A DNA stretch of 63,630 nt, counting the filler. It is 5 parts of 5 records of this genome, joined end to end, with 100 filler letters (N's around TTAATTAATTAA, not from the genome) between each part and the next. Parts side by side here need not be neighbours in the genome. Positions count along the whole stretch, not along the records: positions 40,361 to 58,460 come from SRR31156797_11458; 4 more parts are not named here. One strand, given 5' to 3'. Below, piece after piece: positions 47,710 through 58,460 of the stretch. A program made the translations under genes and the position numbers. The notes beneath the pieces are model-generated. The model was not told the origin of the DNA. It saw nothing but the letters and a program-made list of their open reading frames with translations, and searched no databases. The number at the start of each line of letters is the position of its first letter. The first letter of the stretch is position 1.

Positions 47710-49119
47710 ATGGCTAGAAAGAGAGCTCCACTGCCCGTTTTTGAAAAAGTTGAAATTAAGGATGCCGGCTCAGAAGGAAAAGCGATTGCCCGTGTTGACA
47801 ACCGCGTGATATTTGTTCCTTTTGTTGTACCAGGCGATGTTATTGATATCAGGGTGGTTAAACGACGTAAAAAATACCTTGAAGGCAAAGCCGTAAAACT
47901 GCACAAGCCTTCACCATTGAGGATTGAGCCACGTTGTGAACATTTCGGGAAGTGTGGCGGATGCAAATGGCAAAACCTGGCCTATGCCGATCAGTTAAAA
48001 TACAAACAAAAGCAGATTACCGATAATTTTGAACGAATCGGGAAATTGACTGTCCCGGAGATCAATCCCATCATAGGATCGGAGGACAAGTATTTTTACC
48101 GGAACAAACTTGAATTTACTTTTTCGAACCGGCGCTGGCTAACTGAGGAAGAGATGGAAAATGAGGCAGCATTGGATATGAACGGGCTTGGCTTTCATCT
48201 GCCCGGCATGTTCGACCGTATCATCGATTTAGAAAATTGTTACCTGCAGGCTGAACCCTCAAACCAGATCAGGCTGGCAATAAATAAATTCTGTCGTGAA
48301 CAGGGATTCAGTTTTTATGATAGCAGAAAACAGGAAGGATTCCTGAGGAATTTACTCATCCGTAACGCCACAACCGGAGATCTTATGGTAATTATGGTTT
48401 TCGGGCAGGACAAATCAGCAGATATTAAAACGGTGATGGACTTTCTCAAGGATGAATTCCCACAAATTACATCGCTGTATTATTTGTTAAATACCAAAAA
48501 GAACGACTCGATCAGCGACCTGGAACCACAGCATTATGGTGGTGAGAAATTTATCATGGAGGTTATGGAAGACCTGAAATTCCGTATTGGCCCACTATCG
48601 TTTTACCAAACCAACTCAATGCAGGCATACCAACTTTACAAAGTTACCAGGGAATACGCTGGCCTAAGCGGTACCGAAACTGTTTATGACCTGTATTGTG
48701 GTATCGGCACCATTTCTAATTTCGTTGCAAAACAGGCAAGGAAAGTTATTGGTATCGAATACGTGGAAGGCGCCATTCAAGATGCCTTTGAGAATTCAAC
48801 GCTTAATGGTCACTCAAATACAGATTTTGTTGCCGGCGATATGGCAAAAGTGTTGACCACAAGCTTTATAGCTGAACATGGACATCCCGATGTTGTAATT
48901 ACGGATCCACCAAGAGCGGGCATGCATCAAAAAGTGATCGATCAGTTGCTGGAAGCGGCTCCCGACAAAATTGTTTATGTGAGTTGTAATCCGGCAACAC
49001 AGGCCAGAGATATTGCTTTACTAAGCGAAAAATATGATCTGGTAAAAGCGCAGCCTGTGGACATGTTTCCGCAAACACATCATGTTGAGAACGTTAGTCT
49101 GCTAATCCTGAAAGATTGA
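47710..49119 (+). CDS. rlmD: 23S rRNA m5U1939 methyltransferase
   Basis: TRAM domain, CGGCKWQ, FYQTN, DPPRAG, YVSCNP and DMFPQTHHVE motifs. Confidence 0.92.
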   Translation: MARKRAPLPVFEKVEIKDAGSEGKAIARVDNRVIFVPFVVPGDVIDIRVVKRRKKYLEGKAVKLHKPSPLRIEPRCEHFGKCGGCKWQNLAYADQLKYKQKQITDNFERIGKLTVPEINPIIGSEDKYFYRNKLEFTFSNRRWLTEEEMENEAALDMNGLGFHLPGMFDRIIDLENCYLQAEPSNQIRLAINKFCREQGFSFYDSRKQEGFLRNLLIRNATTGDLMVIMVFGQDKSADIKTVMDFLKDEFPQITSLYYLLNTKKNDSISDLEPQHYGGEKFIMEVMEDLKFRIGPLSFYQTNSMQAYQLYKVTREYAGLSGTETVYDLYCGIGTISNFVAKQARKVIGIEYVEGAIQDAFENSTLNGHSNTDFVAGDMAKVLTTSFIAEHGHPDVVITDPPRAGMHQKVIDQLLEAAPDKIVYVSCNPATQARDIALLSEKYDLVKAQPVDMFPQTHHVENVSLLILKD

Positions 49120-49621
49120 GCATTTTTGTGATTTTGCCGGCGAGCGCATCAATGTCGATATCTTCACCTTTAACCTCCATTTGCGCCTGTTTATAATATT
49201 TTTCGCGAACGGTCATATCATCCATTATTCTTTTTTTCAGGGCTTCATCATCCAAAAAAGTGGTGCGTGGCCTGGGGCGTTTGGCATGTTTCAACCGATC
49301 AAACAAAGAATTGGGATGCATTTGTATGTAAACCGAAAAACCATTGGCATTGATCAGTTCCATATTGTTGTTGAAGCATGGCGTACCTCCACCAGTAGAA
49401 ATAATGTAGTTTGAATAAGCTAAAGTCTTCTTCAGCATGCTGGTCTCAATCCGCCTGAAAGCATCTTCATCATATTTTTTAAAAAAATCCATGATACTGA
49501 TTTTGTAGTGCTCTTCAAAAAAATCATCCAGGTCGAGATGCGAAAAACCAATTTTACCAGATAATAGTTTCCCAATAGTAGATTTACCACTCCCCATGTA
49601 CCCAACAAGATAAATATTCAT
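49094..49621 (-). CDS. aroK: Shikimate kinase
   Basis: GYMGSGKST and STGGG motifs. Start set at MNIYLVG. Confidence 0.9.
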   Translation of the reverse strand: MNIYLVGYMGSGKSTIGKLLSGKIGFSHLDLDDFFEEHYKISIMDFFKKYDEDAFRRIETSMLKKTLAYSNYIISTGGGTPCFNNNMELINANGFSVYIQMHPNSLFDRLKHAKRPRPRTTFLDDEALKKRIMDDMTVREKYYKQAQMEVKGEDIDIDALAGKITKMLNLSGLAD

Positions 49622-49809
49622 GCTCCTGATTTTGATGCAAAAATAGGTATATCCTGATTTCACCCAAACCAGGCAAGGCCGATCTGAATCAGCAAGCAAA
49701 TTATTAACTCCGAAATTCCTTTTGCAATTTTGGATGTTACGCATCGTTAGAACCCTTACACTGTTCATTCACAATTTTTCCTACTTTTGCCGCTCATTTT
49801 ACGTCACTT

Positions 49810-50280
49810 ATGCGATTTATACATAACATACTCATTATTACCATTTTAATATTTTCTGTTTTCGGATGTAATAACAACACGGAAAAAGACAACTCGCTGC
49901 CCCCCGATATTGTTAACAACCCAAAAAGTGCTGACGGAGAAATAGATAATGATGGCGTTCCAAAAATTGCCTTCAAAGAGTTGGAGCACAATTTTGGCCG
50001 GGTTATCGAGGGTGAAAAGATAACTTATGCTTTCAAGTTTACCAACACCGGTAATGGCAACCTGGTTATTACAAATGTGAGTTCGAGTTGTGGTTGCACT
50101 GTGCCGGAGTTTACCAAAGACCCGGTTAAACCCGGCGAAAAAGGCAACATCAAGGTTACTTTCGACAGCAAAAACAGGATGGGATTTCAGAATAAAACTG
50201 TTACGGTTGTTTCAAATACGCAGCCAAACACAACAGTACTCAGAATCAGGGCACAAGTGATTGAACCGGAGAAATTTTAA
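49810..50280 (+). CDS. DUF1573 lipoprotein
   Basis: Lipobox VFGC, FTNTG and SCGCT motifs. Confidence 0.85.
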   Translation: MRFIHNILIITILIFSVFGCNNNTEKDNSLPPDIVNNPKSADGEIDNDGVPKIAFKELEHNFGRVIEGEKITYAFKFTNTGNGNLVITNVSSSCGCTVPEFTKDPVKPGEKGNIKVTFDSKNRMGFQNKTVTVVSNTQPNTTVLRIRAQVIEPEKF

Positions 50281-50316
50281 TTATCAAAGAAATATACATT
50301 TTAAACAGATTAAATC

Positions 50317-50643
50317 ATGTTACTCAATTCAATTTTTTTAATGATGCCGCAGGAAGGTGAAGGCGGCTCCGGACCATTTCTGATTATGATGGTTCTGATG
50401 ATCGTGGTATTTTATTTTTTCATGATCAGGCCTCAGATGAGAAAAAGTAAGGAACAGAAAAATTTCAGGGAATCCCTTAAAAAGGGTGATAAAATTGTAA
50501 CCATTGGTGGAGTCCATGGGAAGATTCTTGAAGTGAAAGATACCACCATTATAATCGAGACTGAAGGCCAGGGCAAACTAAAAATTGAAAAGTCAGCTGC
50601 CAATGCAGACAGTTCTTCGATGATGAATCAACAGCAGAAATAA
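50317..50643 (+). CDS. yajC: Preprotein translocase subunit YajC
   Basis: FYFFMIRPQ and GDKIVTIGGVHG motifs. Confidence 0.93.
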   Translation: MLLNSIFLMMPQEGEGGSGPFLIMMVLMIVVFYFFMIRPQMRKSKEQKNFRESLKKGDKIVTIGGVHGKILEVKDTTIIIETEGQGKLKIEKSAANADSSSMMNQQQK

Positions 50644-50668
50644 CTGCTCCAGAATAATATTCGGACTG

Positions 50669-50702
50669 AAACTTCACCCCTACTAAGGGTGGAGTTTTTT
50701 TT
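50669..50702 (+). terminator. Intrinsic terminator
   Basis: AAACTTCACCC/GGGTGGAGTTT stem and T run. Confidence 0.75.
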
Positions 50703-50753
50703 GTGCTGCTAATTTGGTTTTGATAACTTTGCACAAACATCAGGATAATTCGT

Positions 50754-51743
50754 ATGCAAAGGTTGAATATCTTCAGGGCCAAAACCGATAAAACCTATCG
50801 TTATAAACTTATCGTATTTCTGATTTGTCTGGCCCTTTCATCCTTTATCTGGATGCTGATTAAACTTTCAGGGAACTTTACTTCTGATATTATTATCCCG
50901 GTAACCTATTCCGAAATCCCGGAAGGAAAGATCCTGATTAACAATGTAGATACAACCCTAAAAATTGGTATCACCGAGCAGGGATTTTCTCTTGCCTGGA
51001 TCAAGTATTTCAGACACAAGGAGCCACTTCGCATAAACCTGAAAAACTACAGGTTGAAACAACAAATGCATCAATATATCAGCCTTGTAAATACCGACGC
51101 CTGGGCTCAACAATTTAGCCAGCAATATGATCTTCAAGGCAAGATTGAATATATCTCGCCCGACACCATTCCTTTTTACTTTGAAGATCGCTACACCAAG
51201 GTAGTGCCTGTTGAACCGGACATAAACATCAAATACAAAAAACAATATTTCGCCTACGACACACTTTCCATCACGCCTAAAAAAGTAACCATAAGCGGGC
51301 TTAATAAAAATATCAGCCAGGTTAAATCCATCAAAACTATTCCGGTTAGCTTTACCAACCTAACTGAAAATCTGGATAAAAATATCGCCCTCAAAAAACC
51401 TGTGTTTGCTTCTGATATAATACTCAACCCGGATGCGGTGAATATTCAATTGACAGTGGAAAAGTTTACGGAATCAAAAATCGAAATCCCAATCACAAAA
51501 ATTAATGAACCGGATGATCAAAGGGTTAAAGTATTTCCTGACAAGGTTACCATTACCTACCTGGTTGCCTTAAAGGATTACTCCAAAATGTCGCAGGACA
51601 TGTTTTCATGCCGCGTTGATCTGCTGGATATCGGTTTTAGGAACGACAACAAACTGGATATTAGCCTGAGTAGCCATCCCCAATTTATAAAAATAGTAAG
51701 CATTGAACCTGCTGAAGTTGATTACCTGTTGTTAAAACGATGA
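50754..51743 (+). CDS. YbbR-like membrane-anchored protein
   Basis: N-terminal TM helix, repeated beta domains, conserved yajC-coaE position. Confidence 0.7.
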   Translation: MQRLNIFRAKTDKTYRYKLIVFLICLALSSFIWMLIKLSGNFTSDIIIPVTYSEIPEGKILINNVDTTLKIGITEQGFSLAWIKYFRHKEPLRINLKNYRLKQQMHQYISLVNTDAWAQQFSQQYDLQGKIEYISPDTIPFYFEDRYTKVVPVEPDINIKYKKQYFAYDTLSITPKKVTISGLNKNISQVKSIKTIPVSFTNLTENLDKNIALKKPVFASDIILNPDAVNIQLTVEKFTESKIEIPITKINEPDDQRVKVFPDKVTITYLVALKDYSKMSQDMFSCRVDLLDIGFRNDNKLDISLSSHPQFIKIVSIEPAEVDYLLLKR

Positions 51744-52342
51744 TTAAAGTTGGCCTCACCGGAAATATTGGCAGTGGCAAAAGCCTTGTAGCCAAAATTT
51801 TTGAAACCTTACATATCCCGGTCTTCTATGCTGACATAGAAGGTAAAAAGGTTTTGGACAGAGATGAGGTCGTAAACAAACTCGTTACAATATTTGGGGA
51901 TAATGTGATCTCAAATGGGAAGATCATACGGCCCAAACTTGCAGAAATAGTCTTTGCTGATCAGGCAAGACTTGAAAAACTTAATCAGATTATCCACCCG
52001 GCTGTCAGAAACGATTTTTTGATGTGGTCCGACAGGCAGCTATCACCCTACGTGATTTACGAAGCGGCCATTCTTCATGAATCCGGGCACTATAAAAACA
52101 TGGATAAAATCATACTGGTAAAAGCAGTTGAGGCATTGCGGATTCAGCGGGTTGTTCAACGGGATAAAGTATCCAAAGAACAAGTCAGATCAAGAATGCA
52201 AAACCAATGGCCGGAATCCAGAAAGGAGAAGTTATCGGATTTTGTGATTGATAACAATGGCAATGAACTTGTAATTCCACAGGTTTTAAGAATCCATGAA
52301 GATTTATCAGACAATCACGGCCTTTGCCATCACGTAGTATAA
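51740..52342 (+). CDS. coaE: Dephospho-CoA kinase
   Basis: GLTGNIGSGKS and IIHPAV motifs. Confidence 0.93.
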   Translation: MIKVGLTGNIGSGKSLVAKIFETLHIPVFYADIEGKKVLDRDEVVNKLVTIFGDNVISNGKIIRPKLAEIVFADQARLEKLNQIIHPAVRNDFLMWSDRQLSPYVIYEAAILHESGHYKNMDKIILVKAVEALRIQRVVQRDKVSKEQVRSRMQNQWPESRKEKLSDFVIDNNGNELVIPQVLRIHEDLSDNHGLCHHVV

Positions 52343-53541
52343 ACCGAATTAAAAAGAACATACTCCGTTGTAAGATCTGTACCCCAGCCTTTTAAGCTTG
52401 TTTTTCCGTTGTTTAGGTCTAGTTTGATCCGGAGATGAGATTCCCGAAGCAACTTTTTCATGAAATGGGTATCATATTCCATGGGCCGGCCTTTTTCCAG
52501 CACTTTCACAATTTTTTCATCCGAACCGAGATAAAGGTCTGCTTTACGGTAATCGAACGGAACACCGGCATTCCCTGCTGCCCCTATTATACGACCCCAG
52601 TTTGGATCGCGCCCGTACATAGCTGTTTTCACCAAAACTGAATCTGAAATGGCTCTGATCAGTTTCTTTGCATATGCCCTGTCAGGAGCACTTGTTACTT
52701 CATATTCAATAAACTTACTTGCCCCTTCGCCATCAGAAACAATTTGCTGTGCCAGGTGGATCATCAACTCCTGAAGGTTTTTCCTGAAAACCTTATAGTC
52801 ATTACTGCGTCGGCTTGTTATGGTGTCATTTTTTGCCAAACCGTTTGCCAGCACAACAACCATATCGTTTGTGGATGTATCACCATCAACAGTGATCATA
52901 TTAAAGGAATTGTCCACCGTTTCTCTCACGGTTTGTTGCAGCAGCTTACTATCGATGTCCACATCAGTCACAATAAATGAGAGCATGGTGGCCATATCGG
53001 GATGTATCATTCCTGATCCTTTCGCAATGCCTGCCATATTTACCTCACGTCCATCAATTTCAAATTCAACGAAACCTTCTTTGGCAAAGGTGTCTGTGGT
53101 CAGAATGGCATTGGCTGCAAAAGAGCCGGCATTTGATCTGGTCGACAGTTTCTTCACATTGTCACGGATACCCTCAACAATTTCATCGGTCGGAAAAGGC
53201 TCACCAATAATACCGGTGGATGAAACGATAACCATTTCTTTATCAATTTTTAGCTCCTCGGCCAGGGTTTCAGCCATAACATTGGCGCCCTGCATGCCCT
53301 GTTCACCTGTGGCTGCATTGGCGTTTCCTGCATTGATCACGATAGCTTGCGCTTTACCATTTTTGATATGTTTTTTCGAAACGACAACAGGAGCCGCAAC
53401 AACCTGGTTTTGCGTAAACACTGCCGCTGCGCTTGCCGGTACATCTGAGTAAATAATTGCTAGATCACGTCTGAGTGACTTCACACCAATATGCGCTCCC
53501 CAACATGAAATTCCCCTTACATTGGTAATATTCTTAATCAT
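52330..53541 (-). CDS. argJ: Ornithine acetyltransferase
   Basis: KGSGMIHPDMATML autocleavage site, DTSTND and DPNWGR motifs. Confidence 0.95.
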   Translation of the reverse strand: MIKNITNVRGISCWGAHIGVKSLRRDLAIIYSDVPASAAAVFTQNQVVAAPVVVSKKHIKNGKAQAIVINAGNANAATGEQGMQGANVMAETLAEELKIDKEMVIVSSTGIIGEPFPTDEIVEGIRDNVKKLSTRSNAGSFAANAILTTDTFAKEGFVEFEIDGREVNMAGIAKGSGMIHPDMATMLSFIVTDVDIDSKLLQQTVRETVDNSFNMITVDGDTSTNDMVVVLANGLAKNDTITSRRSNDYKVFRKNLQELMIHLAQQIVSDGEGASKFIEYEVTSAPDRAYAKKLIRAISDSVLVKTAMYGRDPNWGRIIGAAGNAGVPFDYRKADLYLGSDEKIVKVLEKGRPMEYDTHFMKKLLRESHLRIKLDLNNGKTSLKGWGTDLTTEYVLFNSVYTT

Positions 53542-53589
53542 AGTTTAAATATTTAACTGGTTAACCTTTGTTGATTTTTTGACTATTAA

Positions 53590-54636
53590 TTATGGATTCA
53601 ACGGAAAGTGATCAAGCCCGGCGCTTTCCTCAAATCCAAACATCAGGTTCATATTCTGAACGGCCTGCCCTGCAGCTCCTTTTACAAGGTTATCGATTAC
53701 ACTCACCACAATGATCATGTTTGTTCGTTTGTCGTAAACTGGAAATATATCACAATAATTTGTACCCCGTACATCTTTTATGGTTGGCGCCTGGCTTCTC
53801 AACCTGACAAATGGGGCCTGACGATAGAATTTTTCATATCCTGCCCTCAGGCTTTCAATATCCATAGGTATTACCGGCCGGGTATACGCTGTGGTAAGGA
53901 TTCCCCTATCAACCGGCAACAGATGCGGCGTAAACTGGACAGTTGGTTTTTTCTCACTCAACCGATCCAGAATACCCTGTATTTCTATGGTATGCCTGTG
54001 TGTCATCAGGCCATAGGCTTTAAAATTATCGTTCACATTTGAATACATATTTACAGATTTGGCCTTCACGCCTGCTCCTGTAACCCCGGATTTAGAATCG
54101 ATCACCAGCGGGCTGGATTCAACCAGGTCGTTTTGAATAAGCGGTGCCAGCGCCAATATGGCACTTGTTGGATAACATCCCGGATTGGCAACCAACCTGG
54201 CAATCTTTATTTTTTCCTTAAAAAGCTCCGGAAGGCCAAAAACTGCTTCCTCAATACCTTCGGGATAAGTATGCGGCTTTTTATACCAGGATTCATATTC
54301 CGCTTTGGATCCCAGTCTGAAATCTCCCGAAAGGTCTACGATCTTCCAGGGTTTATTCCTGAATTTCCTGGTGTATTCCATGGACACACCATGCGGTAAA
54401 GCCAAAAACACCAGTTCAGGGTTATAGCTGTCAATGTCGTCCACAGAAACCAGTTTCTGCTCTACTAGACCTTCAAAGTGTGGATGCACATCGGAGAATT
54501 TATCTCCTGCCCTGCTTTCGGATGTAATTACAGCAATTTCCACATTTGGATGATGGCTCAGTATTCTTACCAGTTCTGATCCTGTAAATCCTGTAGCTCC
54601 AATAATTCCAATCTTCTTCTTAACTTTCATTTTCAA
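53590..54636 (-). CDS. argC: N-acetyl-gamma-glutamyl-phosphate reductase
   Basis: GATGFTG, ANPGCYPT and DNLVKGAAGQA motifs. Confidence 0.95.
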   Translation of the reverse strand: MKMKVKKKIGIIGATGFTGSELVRILSHHPNVEIAVITSESRAGDKFSDVHPHFEGLVEQKLVSVDDIDSYNPELVFLALPHGVSMEYTRKFRNKPWKIVDLSGDFRLGSKAEYESWYKKPHTYPEGIEEAVFGLPELFKEKIKIARLVANPGCYPTSAILALAPLIQNDLVESSPLVIDSKSGVTGAGVKAKSVNMYSNVNDNFKAYGLMTHRHTIEIQGILDRLSEKKPTVQFTPHLLPVDRGILTTAYTRPVIPMDIESLRAGYEKFYRQAPFVRLRSQAPTIKDVRGTNYCDIFPVYDKRTNMIIVVSVIDNLVKGAAGQAVQNMNLMFGFEESAGLDHFPLNP

Positions 54637-55816
54637 TTTCTTTTAAAGATTCTTTAATTACTTCCATCACTTTTTCTAAATCACCAAAACTGATATTAAG
54701 GGGAGGAACCAACCGGAGCACATTACCTGCCGTGGCATTGGCCAGCACACCTTTATCAAAGAGCTTTTGCACAAGGGGTTTGGTTTCGAAAGTAAATTGC
54801 ACACCTATCATTAAACCTTTACCACGGATATTGGAAATATGAGGCGATTCAAGGACTTTGAACTGATCCATGATCCACTTACCTTTTTCTTCGGCCTGCT
54901 TTGTAATTTCCTCAATCTCGATGGTCTTGATGGTAGCCAGCGATGCAGCACAAGCCAGTGGGTTACCTCCGAAAGTTGTGCCGTGATCTCCGTAATCGAT
55001 TGCTGAACTCACTTTTTCATTAGAAAGGATGGCACCAATGGGAACACCGCCTCCTAAGGCTTTGGCAAGCGTCATAATATCGGGCTGAACATCATAATGG
55101 TCCTTGGCAAACATTTTACCTGTCCGGCCCATTCCACATTGAATTTCATCAAAAATCAGAACGATGTTGTTTTCATTGCAAAAATCTCTTAGTTGTTTCA
55201 GAAAAGATTTTTCAGCCAAATTGATACCTCCTTCACCCTGGATTGGCTCAACAATTATAGCAGCCGTATCCGAACCGGAAATTTTCTTCACAGAATCCAT
55301 ATCATTGAACCTGGCCTGTTTAAATCCGTCAGGAATGGGCTCGAAACCTTTTTGCATGGCCTTTTTCCCTGTGGCAATGGTAGCCAGTGTACGTCCGTGA
55401 AAACTCCCATCGAATGAAATAATGGTTCCACCCCTGCCCTGACTATGTGCATATTTACGGGCAACCTTTATGGCGCCTTCCACAGCTTCTGCGCCACTGT
55501 TCGAAAAAAACACCCTGTCAAGCCCTGAAATTTCAACCAGTTTTTTCGAAAGTTCAGCCTGGGGTACATTAAGGTAAAAGTTGGAAATATGTAAGAGATT
55601 TTCAGCCTGATGTTTAATGGCATTCACAACTTCGGGATGGTTATGCCCGAGACTGTTAACGGCTATGCCACCAAGCATATCAATAAATTCATTCCCTTCC
55701 ACATCCCAAACATGCGCTCCAAGTCCTTTTTCAAGTGTTACCGGGTATCTTCGGAATGTTTGCAAATAATAAGCTTTATCCAAATCAAGAAAAGTCTTGT
55801 TTGTTCTTTTTTTCAT
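54620..55816 (-). CDS. argD: Acetylornithine aminotransferase
   Basis: FHGRT, DEIQCG, AKALGGG and HGTTFGGNP motifs; lies within the arg cluster. Confidence 0.9.
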   Translation of the reverse strand: MKKRTNKTFLDLDKAYYLQTFRRYPVTLEKGLGAHVWDVEGNEFIDMLGGIAVNSLGHNHPEVVNAIKHQAENLLHISNFYLNVPQAELSKKLVEISGLDRVFFSNSGAEAVEGAIKVARKYAHSQGRGGTIISFDGSFHGRTLATIATGKKAMQKGFEPIPDGFKQARFNDMDSVKKISGSDTAAIIVEPIQGEGGINLAEKSFLKQLRDFCNENNIVLIFDEIQCGMGRTGKMFAKDHYDVQPDIMTLAKALGGGVPIGAILSNEKVSSAIDYGDHGTTFGGNPLACAASLATIKTIEIEEITKQAEEKGKWIMDQFKVLESPHISNIRGKGLMIGVQFTFETKPLVQKLFDKGVLANATAGNVLRLVPPLNISFGDLEKVMEVIKESLKEIENES

Positions 55817-55831
55817 AATTATAAAATGATT

Positions 55832-56671
55832 TTATTCGGTAATGAGTGTTCCTGTATTTTTACCATCCAGAATTTGGGTTACCTGTTCAGGTTTTGTACC
55901 ATTGATAATACGTGCAGACTGAGCCCCTTTATTGATGGCTATTTCGCACGACTCAACCTTTGGGATCATCCCACCAGCGATAATACCCTCGTCGATTAAC
56001 CGGTTGGTTTCCGGTAGCCGAAGGGTTTTAATCAGTGAGCCCGGATCATTTTTATCCTCTAGCAAACCATCCACATCAGTTAAAACAATGTATTGCATTA
56101 CACCCAGTTCGCCGGCCAAATGGCCTGCAAACATATCGGCATTAATGTTATAGCCTGTTCCTGATTTATCAGCTGCCAAACAGGTAATTACAGGAATGTA
56201 ATCCCTTTCAATCAATGTCCGGATAAGTGTTGTATCCACTTTAGCCACATCGCCTACCTGGCCCAGGTCTACCACTTCTTCTTTTCCCTGGGCAATACGT
56301 TTGTGAAAGCGTTTGGTTGCCGTAACCATGGCACCATCTTTCCCGGAGAGCCCAACAGCTTTGTAGCCCATGGCATTGATCATGCCCACCAGGCTGCCGT
56401 TTACGCTTCCCTTCAAAGCCATTTCAACATATTCGTAAGCTTCCGGGGTGGTTTTGCGGTGGCCATCGATAAATTCGGATTTAATTTTTGCGTTTTCCAG
56501 AGCCTTTTTAATGAAGGGGCCTCCACCGTGAACAATGACAATTGCATGGCCCTGGGCGTGTAAGGAACAAATATTTTTTAGAATTTCATTTTTTAACTTG
56601 TTATCGGTCATAGCGTTGCCGCCGTACTTAAACAAGAAAACCTGGTTATCAGGATCGTCGTTATCAAGCAT
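55832..56671 (-). CDS. argB: Acetylglutamate kinase
   Basis: KYGGNAM, VHGGG, NINAD and GGMIPK motifs. Confidence 0.93.
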   Translation of the reverse strand: MLDNDDPDNQVFLFKYGGNAMTDNKLKNEILKNICSLHAQGHAIVIVHGGGPFIKKALENAKIKSEFIDGHRKTTPEAYEYVEMALKGSVNGSLVGMINAMGYKAVGLSGKDGAMVTATKRFHKRIAQGKEEVVDLGQVGDVAKVDTTLIRTLIERDYIPVITCLAADKSGTGYNINADMFAGHLAGELGVMQYIVLTDVDGLLEDKNDPGSLIKTLRLPETNRLIDEGIIAGGMIPKVESCEIAINKGAQSARIINGTKPEQVTQILDGKNTGTLITE

Positions 56672-57209
56672 AAATATATTCTGTCACTCCTTTCCTTTTT
56701 GTTATTTTACAATAAATAAATGGACAGGGCATGAAATTGTTCAAATTAATGAGTGTCGCCAGCAGGTTACTAAATACAAAAATTCAATTGAGTGCTGGAT
56801 CCTGATCCTATTGCTGAGGGCAAGGAGTGCAAAACCAATAACTGTGTTCAGACACAAAACAGCTATCGGATTTTGTGATTTTTAATGAGATGCATGCACC
56901 GATTATTCAGCAGGTTATAATGATTCGCAGGTAAACATAAAAACATCTCAAGGACATTTATCCCCTTCCGCAACGTTAAGCCCAACATAAATTTCTTTTC
57001 ATTGATGTCCGGTAAGGTTTTGCGGATTTCTCCCTATGGTACCAATGACAAGGATTTTGGAAATTTGATTTGAATTACATAATGGTAAATATCCTTGCTG
57101 GACAACATTTATTTCTTTTATAAAAATCAACCACGGTAATCAATCCCAGATGGAATGCAAGTCTGTTACATGCAACAATACATGAAAGTTTCACGACTCC
57201 ATCGCAGTC

Positions 57210-57256
57210 AAAAAAAAAAAAAAAAATCGCCTCTCTTTTGAGAAAGGCGATTTTTC
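57210..57256 (-). terminator. Intrinsic terminator after the S9 peptidase gene
   Basis: AAAATCGCCT/AGGCGATTTT stem with a long minus-strand T run. Confidence 0.75.
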
Positions 57257-57275
57257 GGTTACTTAAAATCAAATC

Positions 57276-58460
57276 TTATTGTTTTAACCATTGATCCAGC
57301 CAGGCAAAGAATGTGCGCTGCCATAATATTCCATTCTGCGGTTGCAATACCCAGTGATTTTCGTCGGGGAAGAACAAAAATTGTGCGGGCACATCGCGGA
57401 GGACGGCTGCATTAAATGCGGTCATGCCCTGCGTATAAACCACCCTGAAGTCCTGCTCACCGTGGATAACAAGAATTGGGGTATCCCAGTTTTGTACAAA
57501 TTTGTGGGGTGAATGCTCATAAGCTTCCATGGCCACATCGTTGTCAAAATCCCAGAACGCACCGCCTTTGTCCCAGTTTTCGAACCACATCTCTTCCGTT
57601 TCCAGGTACTGGGCTTCTTCGTTAAAAATACCATCATGGGCAATGAACGCCTTAAAACGTCCATCGTGATTACCGGCCAGATAAAATGCTGCATATCCTC
57701 CTGCACTGGCGCCAATCGCACCCAGATTATCCTCATCAACAAAAGGCTCCTTAGCCATAACATCAATAGCTGTAAGGTAATCCTGCATACTTTTTCCGTG
57801 ATAATCACCACTGATCTGCTCCTGCCATGCCTGTCCGAACCCGGAAACCCCACGGCGGTTTGGTGCAACAACGATATAATCATTGGCCACCATAATCTGG
57901 TAGTTCCACCTGAAATGGAAGCTTTGGCTGAGTGGTCCCTGTGGGCCTCCCTTTAGATAAAGCAGGGTTGGATATTTTTTATTCGGATCGAAATCCGGCG
58001 GATAGATCACCCAGGTCAGCATGTCTTTACCATCATGAGTTTTCATCCATCGGCCTTCGGTTTCACCCATTTTAAGTTTGGCAAGCAGGTCTTTGTTGGT
58101 AAATGTGATTTGCATCTCGCTGCCGTCAGCCGGATTTACGGCAAACAGTTCAGTTGGATGTTTCATGGTCTGCTTGGTTCCGATTAACACATCTCCTGCC
58201 AGCATAACGCCTCGGTAATCGTGCAATCCATCGGTGATCTTGCGGATCGATTGATCTGCCAGCGTGTATTGATATATTTGGAATGTACCCTGCACATCGC
58301 TGGTAAAATAAATGGATTGGCTATCATCAGCCCACTGAATACTACCAGCATTCTGGTCAAAACCCGCTGTACAGTAAGTTTTTTCTCCAGTGGCGACATT
58401 CATCATAAACAGCCTGTTTTTATCAGATTCGTAACCATCGCGCTCCATACTTTCCCAGGC
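57276..58460 (-). CDS. S9 family peptidase (DPP5-like), 5'-truncated
   Basis: GASAGG nucleophile, DFRV and ENHW motifs; reading frame open to the N gap. Confidence 0.88.
   Translation of the reverse strand, partial: AWESMERDGYESDKNRLFMMNVATGEKTYCTAGFDQNAGSIQWADDSQSIYFTSDVQGTFQIYQYTLADQSIRKITDGLHDYRGVMLAGDVLIGTKQTMKHPTELFAVNPADGSEMQITFTNKDLLAKLKMGETEGRWMKTHDGKDMLTWVIYPPDFDPNKKYPTLLYLKGGPQGPLSQSFHFRWNYQIMVANDYIVVAPNRRGVSGFGQAWQEQISGDYHGKSMQDYLTAIDVMAKEPFVDEDNLGAIGASAGGYAAFYLAGNHDGRFKAFIAHDGIFNEEAQYLETEEMWFENWDKGGAFWDFDNDVAMEAYEHSPHKFVQNWDTPILVIHGEQDFRVVYTQGMTAFNAAVLRDVPAQFLFFPDENHWVLQPQNGILWQRTFFAWLDQWLKQ

Noticed and set aside
56672-57000. ARG boxes, riboswitch or leader peptide upstream of argB
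   Set aside because: Only partial TGAAT matches with wrong spacing; no recognisable riboswitch core or Arg-rich ORF.
57210-57226. 17-nt poly-A tract as a phase-variation site
   Set aside because: It is the U tail of a terminator, and homopolymer length may be a sequencing artefact.
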